Shown here: positions 59,301-64,000 of the stretch, piece after piece
Layout: every line of letters begins with the position of its first letter
How positions within the stretch are numbered: the first letter of the stretch is position 1
From: Bacteroidales bacterium
GTDB lineage: Bacteria > Bacteroidota > Bacteroidia > Bacteroidales > WCHB1-69
Direction of reading: 5' to 3'
NCBI GenBank assembly: GCA_017994425.1
Contig: JAGOKS010000002.1
Location: forward strand, 3,060-67,059
DNA: 64,000 bases
Notes under the pieces: generated by a model
Told to the model about the DNA's origin: nothing
Database searches by the model: none
The model's input: the letters and a program-made list of their open reading frames with translations, nothing else
Program-made: the position numbers and the translations under genes

Positions 59301-60216
59301 CGTGTATGCTAATTGCTGGGTTAAAAATGTCGGAAGTCCAACTTTAACAGAAATCCCTTTGCGCTTACAAATTAATAATACAAACGATATAGTAGAAACG
59401 GTTTATGCAACGTTAAATCCGGGTGATTCAATTTACTATACATTCAAAAAAGGATACATTGTACCAACTGCTAACATCAATCAACCGTACTATCAACTTT
59501 CTATTAAAACAGAACTTGGCTGTGATGCTGATCCTACTAATAATCGCAAATCCTTTAACGGCAAAGTAAATGTTGTAGATATTGTTTTAACCAAAATTGA
59601 AAAACCTACTGCTGATAATTGTGATACAGGGTTATACAGAGTTAATGTTTCTGTTCAATTGACCAATAACGGAGAAACCGACCAAGCAGGAGTACGAATA
59701 AATGTGAATGTTGATAGTGCCGGTATTATATTCAAGCAATTGGGAAGAACAGTAACCGTTCATGCCGGAATGACTGAATCTTTTGAGTTTTCTACAACCT
59801 ATGTAGTACCTAACATCAACGATTCTAATGAATATTATACGGTTACAGCTTACCTCAATGCTATTGAAAATGATAATACAACTGACGATGATACCTTAAG
59901 CGTCAATGCGTGTGTTGTGTATAATCCCGGATTTGGCATAACGGACAATCAACAAAATATTTGGTTTGTTGGACAAAATCAACCCAACCCGGCTACTTCT
60001 ACAAGCATTATTCCGTATAATATTCCTATTGCCGATGAGGTAACTTTAAAGATTTTGTCAATCAATGGTCAAATTCTATATCAAGAAATATTACAAGCAG
60101 TTTCGGGTAAAAACGAAATTGTAATAAATACCGATTTCCTTGCAAACGGCATTTACTATTACAGTATGGAATATCAAGGGAAAACCATTGTTAAGAAAAT
60201 GTCTGTTCAGAAATAA
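47287..60216 (+). CDS. Giant (4309 aa) secreted T9SS cargo protein with six beta-helix/CARDB-like modules
   Basis: Uninterrupted 12.9-kb ORF with an N-terminal signal peptide. Six collinear ~545-aa modules rich in NN-x-I/L rungs (PbH1-like). CARDB-like Ig segments between modules. MAM-like sandwiches near both ends. C-terminal Por/T9SS sorting domain. Confidence 0.85.
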   Translation: MKKFLLFISFFGFLNAGLKSQTIVGIQNFDSIINWTISPSGSWTANTVYKVSNPKSFHGFVPNQLGDSMMLTTPFFDCTQYAFVWLSFTHICKIASNDIAQIEMQEDLPGAQWQKIPASCYLGSTPSAYLQQRFNQNSYADWQPTDSLATPNNSWWKEERFDISAEAGWGRVRFRFKIKRGNTIGTQFAYGWLLDNFELRGGSHELDPPTLTLLAPIYKDTVYGVGPFAIRATVVDAEDSLVKLTYTINNGSPNQVIMNKENATVFSAIIPQQIYGTNVSYTVRAEDSVGNYITESHSFINIRHPNNPNYLNGAAMYSVDTPHTMKVVANISLPVYIKIQNTGLNNLTSATIYWSVNGVMKPSYNWSGGNLPVDFASASFHIGNYTPSLGYDTVVIWVKNPNSVYDSISKDDTLSFITYGCNTIFNGNYTINGPSGSRNFASITAALNELSYCGMSGNTTFKIYNGTYNENITLTSSIEGMGQNDTITFISYSGITDSVIIVSTSTAVSLGNIRNIVFKNITFNVVNGTRGINFTGPCENIEINSCKIKSNPSSTSSANSCIYKDYGTGISNDIRIINNVLDGGYYNIYFYGGTSSTIRASNIIFNGNTLSNAYYYATNFYYADFSSITSNTIRSRTTNLSTYFYGLRMYYCDVPKITKNKIYYPAPITYAYAMYIGYCNNGANTNPVIISNNEIRMKSTTNSYGMYVISSKMDIYHNSILAIDATNATNIGIFISSASSLNVKNNNLICTVPIYFSSIASLGTTWFLNYNNYYSPLAYIGYAGGFITNMNTWRSTTGQDANSISVYPTFIDTSINLKTNGGNIVCNFLSAVPTDINEVSRGLITTMGAYHDFVLQTNNVMPFRLYAPSNLTIVGGTDSVVVSVANIGSNTVTSMKINWRVNGIQMTQYSWTGTLLAGDTTLPIKLGNFIPFPGDNDIIVYTSLPNNSADQAPINDTIKTSTYGCDSLMIGTYTVGTGGHFATIEDALIRLKYCGISGPVTLAMFPGLYVENIVFEDTIRGSDSLNTVTFTSTTGIRTDVIIYTARDSAQDVGTIDLKNVKHLVFKNISVYGQHRSPMYYSKAVMLRNNVSNIEFDNCILLIPTFVSATNIPGQLSVVYNPSANQINNIRILNCYIHGGSAGIYLMGSGDRINIKNNNIENVDNYGIYMYYTNYNDISDNYIEQRYSANLTLIDFYGMYFYQSNGNFIRNNRIRLHQTIYGMYLYYSTKLDYSHLLIYNNEIIAPVTGNNYGFYMSSGCNDIKILHNSILMNGNGEGKCFYVGGTLTNNILKNNNFINLSSDASSTNNHVVYFPSTNAAAGFTMDYNNYYTIGSYLGYAGNNITNLTLWKTALGKDGNSMSINPTFFNAQTLDIVDYTGLNCPRISDVLVDIDSTTRTSNTTVGAYHGDPYALDVMPRTITSPGKVSSIGALTPVTVTVLNVGSDTVTQMSINWEVNGILQTPYTWSGFLLPNAVTSPITLGSFYPHAGYNSIIVYTSMPNGQLDNLLANDTLIYETYGCDSGFNGTYTVGLVGADFTSIDAAIEALSNCGVYGPTTIAIQAGTYRGNIIIPAIPGTNTTNTVTFTSAAQDSTTVVLQGNLATGVIILDNTNNIIISHLTLEGILSGSASRCVELKNKNRNILITNNYMQTCNSAYASPAIMAVYSSYSQDTNITIRNNYMYGTGGIWIESGNYASSASYNIKIENNILDQFYYYGIYLYQSGITKVHNNKLYKSNVTPQGYGLYMYYCYGVTDEITSITSNTFIGGYSYITYLYYSFSHCGSSNSDIVFANNELIQTGTSGNYLMYQYYGGKWQNINNSFINIGTVTYMILKYSSSIESINFSNNIIANLGTCTYPIYCNNVTSTYIGIVDYNNYWKGSASDVAYWGNSAYSNLATWKTAYTNINSNSVAINPIFLDSTLNAVPSVWTNLHCPISSYALTDIRGINRSHSTHMGCYIPIYDLDAGLKEFVSPVGNSTINLTNISVKLTNWGYDTLHSATIRWKVNSTFGTPIVLSNLSLLQYKDTTILLGTYLPTLGVVTNLIAWVENPNGSIDENMFNDTITTSSLGCNRILNGSYTVGGASADFSNIAQIFQELTTCGISGNVTFNFRSGTYNENMVFSGTIPGMTSNDTITFTSIAGNADSVIIQSTATALSLGNVNNLVFNHLTFNVSNGMYGVLFNNPCENIEINHCHIKSNPNGSSFAGIYKTTSAGVVNNIRILNNIIDGGGYNIYFYGGTGTSEYANNIRIDGNTLSNAYEYGCYLYYTNFKSISNNTIIARSSNISSSYYGMYIYYCNATLINGNKIHVMTSIPNAFGIQSYYLNYLNASGTGLISNNELMINSSTNNGHGMYIYYSKVNIYHNSIHITSNSAARGIYAYTSTTYPIAIRQNNIGSFSSMVYPMYLPSLNGITLNYNNYYGSYIGYVNSGISNMALWKMFTGQDVNSTNIVPTFVNINTHLKTDGFGLTCNRNNNILYDITGASRGIITTVGAYNDFIILPYNIMPKTLISPNLSISTGVSDSIIVTIANMGANIITSMNIRWKINGGVIQTLAWSGNLNVMDVTSPIFLGTFVPLSGGNSLIIYTDSPNGQNDNDMSNDTLTIETYGCDSALNGIYTVGGASADFSTISEAVKAMAYCGISGPTTLSINANTYYENVIIPNIPGTSTINTLTITSANGDSTSVIIQSTSDKAAITLTNSNNIVIKNITINGILSGMASHSIELKNSNKNIVIRNNVIKTSSDTSSTESITAIYSNNSLDTSLKIMNNYFLGSGGIWIQSPALSSSSYDISISNNIINQFYYYGIYCSYSNIYTISNNKLYKKSNPGGYGIYLNYSNGIQSDITRITNNTVIGSFTTLAYLNYCYSNHGTTISDILMANNEFINTGNSAYIVYQYYGGKWQNINNTFVNTNTGNVSYMMYKYSTVTNGINFINNQFVNLGSCNYLLYVPTPTYVGIVDYNNYYTIGTNLVYWGTTYANLSNWQTAYPVLNINSVSINPAFTTPASKAIPSSWVGLICPRNTNVLRDIQGVIRGQSTYMGCYVPVFSFDAGLESFVSPSESSIAGTSVPVSVKLSNAGSNVISSIIIKWKVNNNTMPQVNVSGLSLAQYQDTTILLGTYIPINNVTAHIVAWIENPNGLGNDNNQANDTIDVNSLGCAQVLNGSYTVGSSSADFVTLSDAFDVLNTCGVSGPVVLNVLPGNYGALTINQSFVGSSPINTVTITSSTGIASDVIFQSTGVALTIGYTSDFIFKNLTFDASNGTRAVQFNNACENIEINSCIIKANPTTSNTTYVGIYKATSGVVNNIRIVNNSIDGGYYNIYFYGGSSSTDYGTNVIVNGNILTNAYYYGGWFYYTDFNSISNNTVSARIVNTSNYYYGFYFYYCNVASLQGNKIKCTNSNIPYPYGIYANYFNYNNTNTPGLIANNEIILSTTSTTAGIYVSSSRVNIMHNSIFIDGSGGNRNVYINPTEGYSIVVKNNNFVSTSASGYGLYISNTAYLGTYLFMDYNNYYTAYIGYASGNINNLSTWQLSTGQDLHSVTIYPKFIDYTKDLKLMDYIGLMCPRDSNVLIDLENKSRTSLTIMGAYSVALYEDYDLSASFLVEPINIPGACYPDLTSIKVALSNNGIYPFNFALTPLQLHVEISGTITLQKDTIISAGSLNEMLQDTFEIASMIPMNINGDYHITVWLSCPIDSIHSDDTLRYTYKVNKINLPFDIDFSNIPSTMNFNQMIGSLNWVVASGNETNPPLAPVYGTGRLRFASESGKGSMAQAITEPLDLQGTYSPKLEFWYAHDNLASDARDQMNVYISVDGGLTFTSLINVFRYDSAFTTPGWKYYQVDLSSYTSYSCAIFSFEAQSYGGGNQNIDRIRISAAPDVKISKIDIPDLKNCDLTNKTIKVIIENNTSQIFDFTENNTTLSVLLTGPGGLNQPFTFALNSKVLNGGDKDTIILGTNFNFSTTGTYVVDAYFNTIDSNRLNDTLKRNIIIFPDAAITYIRDVDPKNIGDTVYANCWVKNVGSPTLTEIPLRLQINNTNDIVETVYATLNPGDSIYYTFKKGYIVPTANINQPYYQLSIKTELGCDADPTNNRKSFNGKVNVVDIVLTKIEKPTADNCDTGLYRVNVSVQLTNNGETDQAGVRINVNVDSAGIIFKQLGRTVTVHAGMTESFEFSTTYVVPNINDSNEYYTVTAYLNAIENDNTTDDDTLSVNACVVYNPGFGITDNQQNIWFVGQNQPNPATSTSIIPYNIPIADEVTLKILSINGQILYQEILQAVSGKNEIVINTDFLANGIYYYSMEYQGKTIVKKMSVQK
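47350..47880 (+). other. N-terminal MAM/ConA-like beta-sandwich (inferred)
   Basis: Ends in RVRFRFKIKRG...GWLLDNFEL. This pattern resembles MAM-type domains and the second copy at 58420-58900. Confidence 0.4.
48541..50172 (+). repeat. Module 1 (type A): beta-helix + cap + CARDB-like Ig
   Basis: Starts YGCNTIFNGNYTINGP...SYCGMSGN. Contains PCENIEINSCKIKSNP. Collinear with modules 4 and 6. Confidence 0.8.
50173..51837 (+). repeat. Module 2 (type B)
   Basis: Starts YGCDSLMIGTYTVGTG...KYCGISGP. Same architecture but a divergent helix core (NIEFDNCILL; NIRILNCYIHGG). Confidence 0.75.
51838..53487 (+). repeat. Module 3 (type C)
   Basis: Starts YGCDSGFNGTYTVG...SNCGVYGP. Contains YQYYGGKWQNINN. 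Collinear with module 5. Confidence 0.8.
53488..55104 (+). repeat. Module 4 (type A)
   Basis: Starts LGCNRILNGSYTVGGASADF...TTCGISGN. Contains PCENIEINHCHIKSNP. Confidence 0.8.
55105..56745 (+). repeat. Module 5 (type C)
   Basis: Starts YGCDSALNGIYTVGGASADF...AYCGISGP. Contains YQYYGGKWQNINN. Confidence 0.8.
56746..58440 (+). repeat. Module 6 (type A)
   Basis: Starts LGCAQVLNGSYTVGSSSADF...NTCGVSGP. Contains ACENIEINSCIIKANP. Followed by a divergent Ig-like segment. Confidence 0.75.
58420..58900 (+). other. MAM-like beta-sandwich domain (inferred)
   Basis: Contains NWVVASGNE, LEFWYAHDN, MNVYISVDGG, WKYYQVDL and IDRIRI. Confidence 0.5.
59968..60213 (+). other. T9SS (Por) type-A C-terminal sorting domain
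   Basis: VGQNQPNPATSTSIIPYNIP...VTLKILSINGQILY...NGIYYYSMEYQGKTIVKKMSVQK matches the canonical CTD pattern (NxPNP, alternating beta strands, G-YxY, terminal K-rich strand). Confidence 0.85.
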
Positions 60217-60227
60217 TATCACATACT

Positions 60228-60267
60228 ATTCTACCTGAATTCGGTAAGTTCAGGTAGAATATTTTTT
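60228..60267 (+). terminator. Intrinsic terminator of the giant gene
   Basis: Perfect 12-bp stem ATTCTACCTGAA / TTCAGGTAGAAT (60228-60239 and 60249-60260) with a 9-nt loop, followed by ATTTTTT. Confidence 0.8.
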
Positions 60268-60270
60268 ATA

Positions 60271-61170
60271 TTATTTAAATCTCAGTTTCATTGCCGAAAA
60301 AATTGTATCCGGTTTAAAATAAAAAACACTTGTCATTTCGCCGGCCATACAATACCCGCAACGTTGACAGACATTCAAACTTTCCAAAGGACAAGTATCA
60401 TATCTTGAACCATCAGGAAGGATAAAATTCGATATCCAACAATACTTTTTAAAATTATTGGTTTTCATGTATTTCAATCCCGAAATCGAATTCATAATCG
60501 GATATCCTTTTTTCTTCATGTAAATAATATCATCAATCGTTTCATTGCGTTTATTCCAATCTAAAAAAAGTTCATCATCATTCAATGAAGAAGGAGTATA
60601 AAAATTTAATGAAATGGATTTCACGGCTTTATTATCTTTTGCAAACTCAATGGTTTCTTTAACTGAAAGATAATTTTTGCTATTAATAACCATATTCACG
60701 CTTAAGTCTTTATGTTTACTTTCACTGATATGTGTGCATAAGCGATTAAAAACTCCCTTTCCGCGAATTTCATCATGATAGCTTCCCAATCCATCCAAAC
60801 TCACCCAAATAGAATCAGCTTTACAATCGCTAATGGGAAATTGTCCGTTTGTAGTTACTGTTGTCGAAAAAAAACCTATTTCTTTCGCTAATACTATCAA
60901 ATCGTTGATTCTTTTTTCTCCATCTTTCCACATCAAAGGTTCTCCCCCTTCAAAATCGACAAATCGAGATCCCAACCGATAGGAATATAATAATTCTTCC
61001 TTCACTTGATTGTACTTTTTACTGTGTGGATTCTCCAACTTATAGACCGAACAATGCTTACATCTTAAATTACATTCATCAGAAATAAACAAAACCGTTT
61101 GCAAAGGTCGTTTTCTTCCAAACAAACGAGCACGTAAAAACCAAATTCCCAAATAAAACAATTTTTTCAT
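60271..61170 (-). CDS. Radical SAM protein with C-terminal Cys cluster (SPASM/twitch-like)
   Basis: CxxxCxxC = CNLRCKHC preceded by LFGRKRPLQTVLFISDE. C-terminal cysteines in CWISNF...CPLESLNVCQRCGYC. Confidence 0.8.
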   Translation of the reverse strand: MKKLFYLGIWFLRARLFGRKRPLQTVLFISDECNLRCKHCSVYKLENPHSKKYNQVKEELLYSYRLGSRFVDFEGGEPLMWKDGEKRINDLIVLAKEIGFFSTTVTTNGQFPISDCKADSIWVSLDGLGSYHDEIRGKGVFNRLCTHISESKHKDLSVNMVINSKNYLSVKETIEFAKDNKAVKSISLNFYTPSSLNDDELFLDWNKRNETIDDIIYMKKKGYPIMNSISGLKYMKTNNFKKYCWISNFILPDGSRYDTCPLESLNVCQRCGYCMAGEMTSVFYFKPDTIFSAMKLRFK

Positions 61171-61190
61171 ACAGTATATTTTATTTCTTG

Positions 61191-61198
61191 CAAAAATA
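61191..61198 (-). promoter_or_regulatory. -7 promoter box (TATTTTTG on minus strand) for the radical SAM gene
   Basis: The plus strand reads CAAAAATA, 21 nt upstream of the start at 61170. Confidence 0.45.
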
Positions 61199-61244
61199 TT
61201 AAATATTTAGACACAAGCTTTTCTTATGTTAGCGGAATATTTTA

Positions 61245-61252
61245 TACCTTTG
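61245..61252 (+). promoter_or_regulatory. -7 promoter box (TACCTTTG) for the nitroreductase gene
   Basis: Matches TAnnTTTG, 22 nt upstream of the ATG at 61274. Confidence 0.5.
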
Positions 61253-61273
61253 CACTTATAAAATCACAAATTC

Positions 61274-61813
61274 ATGACATTTAAAGATCTTATTCAAAAA
61301 CGTCAAAGTACGCGAAAATATAAATCCACAGAAATTGAAAAAGAAAAAATTAATCTCTGTTTAGAAGCCGGACGTTTAGCTCCATCGGCATGCAATGCTC
61401 AAGCATGGAAGTTTATAGTTGTTGATGACCCAAGCTTAAAAACAAAAGTAGCTGAAACATCGGCAAGTTTGGGTATGAATAAGTTTGCAACACAAGCTCC
61501 TGTAATCATTATTGTTGTATTGGAAAATGGAAATGCAAGTTCTTCTATAGGAGGCAAACTTAAAAACAAAGATTATCGATGGATTGACATCGGTATTGCT
61601 GTCGAACATATTTGTTTACAGGCAACTGAAATAGGATTGGGGACATGCATTATAGGGTGGTTTAATGAAAAGAAAATTAAAAAATTATTACATATCCCTC
61701 GTTCTAAACGTATTCCCTTAATACTTACTCTTGGGTATCCCGATGACGAAATGCGAACAAAAATCAGAAAACCATTGAATGCAGTATCTTCTTATAATAG
61801 TTATGCACAATAA
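61274..61813 (+). CDS. Nitroreductase family protein
   Basis: 179 aa. RQSTRKY, RLAPSACNAQAWKFIVV and the family's typical C-terminus. Confidence 0.85.
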   Translation: MTFKDLIQKRQSTRKYKSTEIEKEKINLCLEAGRLAPSACNAQAWKFIVVDDPSLKTKVAETSASLGMNKFATQAPVIIIVVLENGNASSSIGGKLKNKDYRWIDIGIAVEHICLQATEIGLGTCIIGWFNEKKIKKLLHIPRSKRIPLILTLGYPDDEMRTKIRKPLNAVSSYNSYAQ

Positions 61814-61857
61814 ATAATCTATGATATTTAACGTTAATCCATGTAAAACATTAACAG

Positions 61858-62802
61858 ATGAAATTTTTTAACAAAAAATATTTTCCGCTCTTTTTGATTT
61901 CCTTTTTATGTTTTGCTCTTTTATTTTCTTTTGTCCAATGCCATTTTGGTAATCCGAGTGAAGTAAATGATAGCGACACTATTTCAGATCCTATCGAAAC
62001 ATATTCACTTTTAAAAACGGACTCGATGCATGGTATAACCATTATCAGCTTAACTGAAAATAATCCATTGACTGTCAGAGAAAATATTCTTCAGTACGAA
62101 ATACCGGAAACTACTTTTGAAAGTAAAAAAACAAAATTTTATTCTCTGTTAAATGCGTTACAGGTACTTTATACTTTTTCGGAACCTAACATTTATAATA
62201 TTGTTGATTCGATGAATTATTTAGCTGCCTATTATTTACAAAATTTGCTGGAAGATACGAAAAGTCTATACTCGCCTATTAAACATGCAATGTTATCAAT
62301 TACAACATCTCCCGATAAAAAATTACGCGTCTTTTCTTGGGATGAGAATGCAGGCATGACTTTCAAAACACATTTAAACGTGTTTCAATTTCAAACAAAA
62401 GAAGGACAATTAAAATCCTGTTTAAACGAATCTATGGAATCAGAAGATGATTTTAATTTTATTCATGCTCAAATCAAACATTTTTATAAATTGCCTTCAA
62501 CCAACTCGAACATTTTATATTTAAGTTTATTTCAAGGACTTAGTTGCAGAACTTGTCATTTTAAAGGCGTTACCGCCATCGAAATTATAAATGATAGTTT
62601 AAATTTTCATTATCCTCTTTTTAATGACAGTTTATCTTATTTGATATTCAATTACTCTGAAAATGATATATGCACATTGTCATTTAACCCTAAATCAACA
62701 AGCTTACATTATACGTTAATTCAAAAGAATGAAGATAATAATGACACTATTTCCGAACGATTTATTTTCAAAAATAATTTTTTCTATAAACAAGACGATT
62801 AA
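61858..62802 (+). CDS. Hypothetical lipoprotein
   Basis: Signal peptide with a lipobox-like SFVQC. No domain recognised. Confidence 0.5.
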   Translation: MKFFNKKYFPLFLISFLCFALLFSFVQCHFGNPSEVNDSDTISDPIETYSLLKTDSMHGITIISLTENNPLTVRENILQYEIPETTFESKKTKFYSLLNALQVLYTFSEPNIYNIVDSMNYLAAYYLQNLLEDTKSLYSPIKHAMLSITTSPDKKLRVFSWDENAGMTFKTHLNVFQFQTKEGQLKSCLNESMESEDDFNFIHAQIKHFYKLPSTNSNILYLSLFQGLSCRTCHFKGVTAIEIINDSLNFHYPLFNDSLSYLIFNYSENDICTLSFNPKSTSLHYTLIQKNEDNNDTISERFIFKNNFFYKQDD

Positions 62803-62805
62803 ACC

Positions 62806-64000
62806 ATGGACGATTATAAAAAATTATTTTCTTTGCTTCGTCCTTATTCATTTAAATTAACTATTGCTATATTTTTAAACATTTTATACGTTATTTTTTC
62901 TATTGTTTCCATCTCTTTGCTGGCTCCTTTTCTATCTTTACTCTTTAATCAAATTCCATTGACATTGCAGAAGCCTATGTTGGATTTTACTTCTGCAGCC
63001 TTGATGCAATACGCACAATATTATTTAAGTCAGATTATTATTTCAAAAGGTTTGTTTTCTGCACTCTCTATTTTAATTCTTAGCGTTTTTGTTTTCTTCT
63101 TATTGAAGAATGTTTTTTATTATTTTTCCATGTGGGTGATTATTCCCGTACGAAATAATTTAATTCGAGATTTGCGTAATAAAGCCTATCCGCGCATACT
63201 CATACTTCCTTTGTCTTTTTATTCGGAAAATCGCAAAGGGGATATTCTTACAAGAGTTATTAACGACGTTCAAGATGTTGATTTTTTTATACTTCGTTCA
63301 TTACAGCAAGTTTTTCGTGAACCAATTAGCATATTGTTTTTCCTTGGCACTTTATTTTTCATTAATTTTGAATTTACTTTTTTAGTTTTATTTACAATAC
63401 CTATTGCCGGTTTTGTTATCAGTCGTTTACAACGAAAGCTTAAACAAAAATCTCTCAAAGTAAAAGAAAAACAAAGTGAAATGCTTTCTATGACAGAGGA
63501 AAGCATCTATGGATTGCGGATAATTAAAGCTTTCAATGCTATCCCCGGCATGATGAAACGATTTATTACACTTAATGATTCGTATAGTAAATTACTTATA
63601 AAAATTAATCGTCGTCGCGATCTTTCTTCGCCAATGAGTGAATTTTTAGGTAGTTGTATCGTTATTTTTATTTTACTTTTTGGTGGTCGCATGGTATTGG
63701 ATGATAATAATAGTTTTTCTGCCGAAATGTTTATTACGTATATCGTATTGTTTACTCAAATTATCAATCCCGCGAAAACAATTTCGGAAGCTACTGCCAA
63801 TTTCAAAAAAGGTTTTGCTTCTTTGCATCGTATAGAAACCTTGATTCAATCAGAAGAAAAAATCCTGGAACTACCGAATGCACAATCAATTTCTACTTTT
63901 ACTACTAATATCTCTTTCAAGAATGTTCATTTTGCCTATGAAGATAAAACCATATTGAACAACATTAGTTTAGTTATTCCCAAAGGAAAAACCATTGCTG
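62806..64000 (+). CDS. ABC exporter, fused permease/ATPase (MsbA-like), 3'-truncated by window end
   Basis: This ORF is not in the track because it runs off the window. My own translation from the ATG at 62806 is open for 398 codons: MDDYKKLFSLLRPYSFKL..., six TM segments, then NISFKNVHFAYEDKTILNNISLVIPKGKTIA immediately before the expected Walker A. Confidence 0.8.
   Translation, partial: MDDYKKLFSLLRPYSFKLTIAIFLNILYVIFSIVSISLLAPFLSLLFNQIPLTLQKPMLDFTSAALMQYAQYYLSQIIISKGLFSALSILILSVFVFFLLKNVFYYFSMWVIIPVRNNLIRDLRNKAYPRILILPLSFYSENRKGDILTRVINDVQDVDFFILRSLQQVFREPISILFFLGTLFFINFEFTFLVLFTIPIAGFVISRLQRKLKQKSLKVKEKQSEMLSMTEESIYGLRIIKAFNAIPGMMKRFITLNDSYSKLLIKINRRRDLSSPMSEFLGSCIVIFILLFGGRMVLDDNNSFSAEMFITYIVLFTQIINPAKTISEATANFKKGFASLHRIETLIQSEEKILELPNAQSISTFTTNISFKNVHFAYEDKTILNNISLVIPKGKTIA

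Noticed and set aside
47287-60216. Possibility that the giant ORF is an assembly artefact of collapsed or concatenated repeats, or a pseudogene.
   Set aside because: The frame is open throughout. Modules are clearly diverged at the nucleotide level and junction motifs are intact. Proper signal peptide, sorting domain and terminator are present. Long-read confirmation is still advisable.
60271-61813. RiPP biosynthetic cluster around the radical SAM gene.
   Set aside because: I found no plausible precursor peptide ORF in the flanking spacers. The only one, MLAEYFIPLHL at about 61226, is 11 aa and overlaps the promoter. There is no peptidase or leader-recognition gene. I kept it only as a low-confidence neighbourhood finding.

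Overview
This is an AT-rich chromosomal segment that I assign to Bacteroidota. The assignment rests on four things: TAnnTTTG -7 promoter boxes in front of most transcription units, gldF/gldG, a T9SS C-terminal sorting domain, and DUF3276. I support about 37 protein-coding genes. I saw no rRNA, tRNA, CRISPR array, transposase or integrase. Most of the window is housekeeping: serS, guaA, dnaG, priA, rbfA, ruvB, pssA, acpP-fabF-rnc, buk, polA. There are also envelope and polysaccharide genes: Wza/Wzc-like export, rfbC, flippase, phosphoethanolamine transferase, GT4 and gldFG. Two giant genes occupy 20,625 nt, about 32% of the window. The first (13849..21543, 2564 aa) is a cyclic beta-1,2-glucan-synthase-like fusion of a glycosyltransferase, a glucoamylase-like domain and GH94. 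The second (47287..60216, 4309 aa) is a secreted T9SS cargo protein. It is built from six ~545-aa modules (parallel beta-helix, conserved cap, CARDB-like Ig domain) in the order A-B-C-A-C-A. MAM-like beta-sandwiches sit at both ends of the module array. I consider this protein the most likely uncharacterised system in the window. Secondary candidates are a receiver-less membrane LytTR regulator with a LiaF-like partner and a lipoprotein, an ORF6N/CPBP-protease pair, and a radical-SAM/nitroreductase/lipoprotein/ABC-exporter neighbourhood. All family assignments come from motifs read by eye. No database search was possible.
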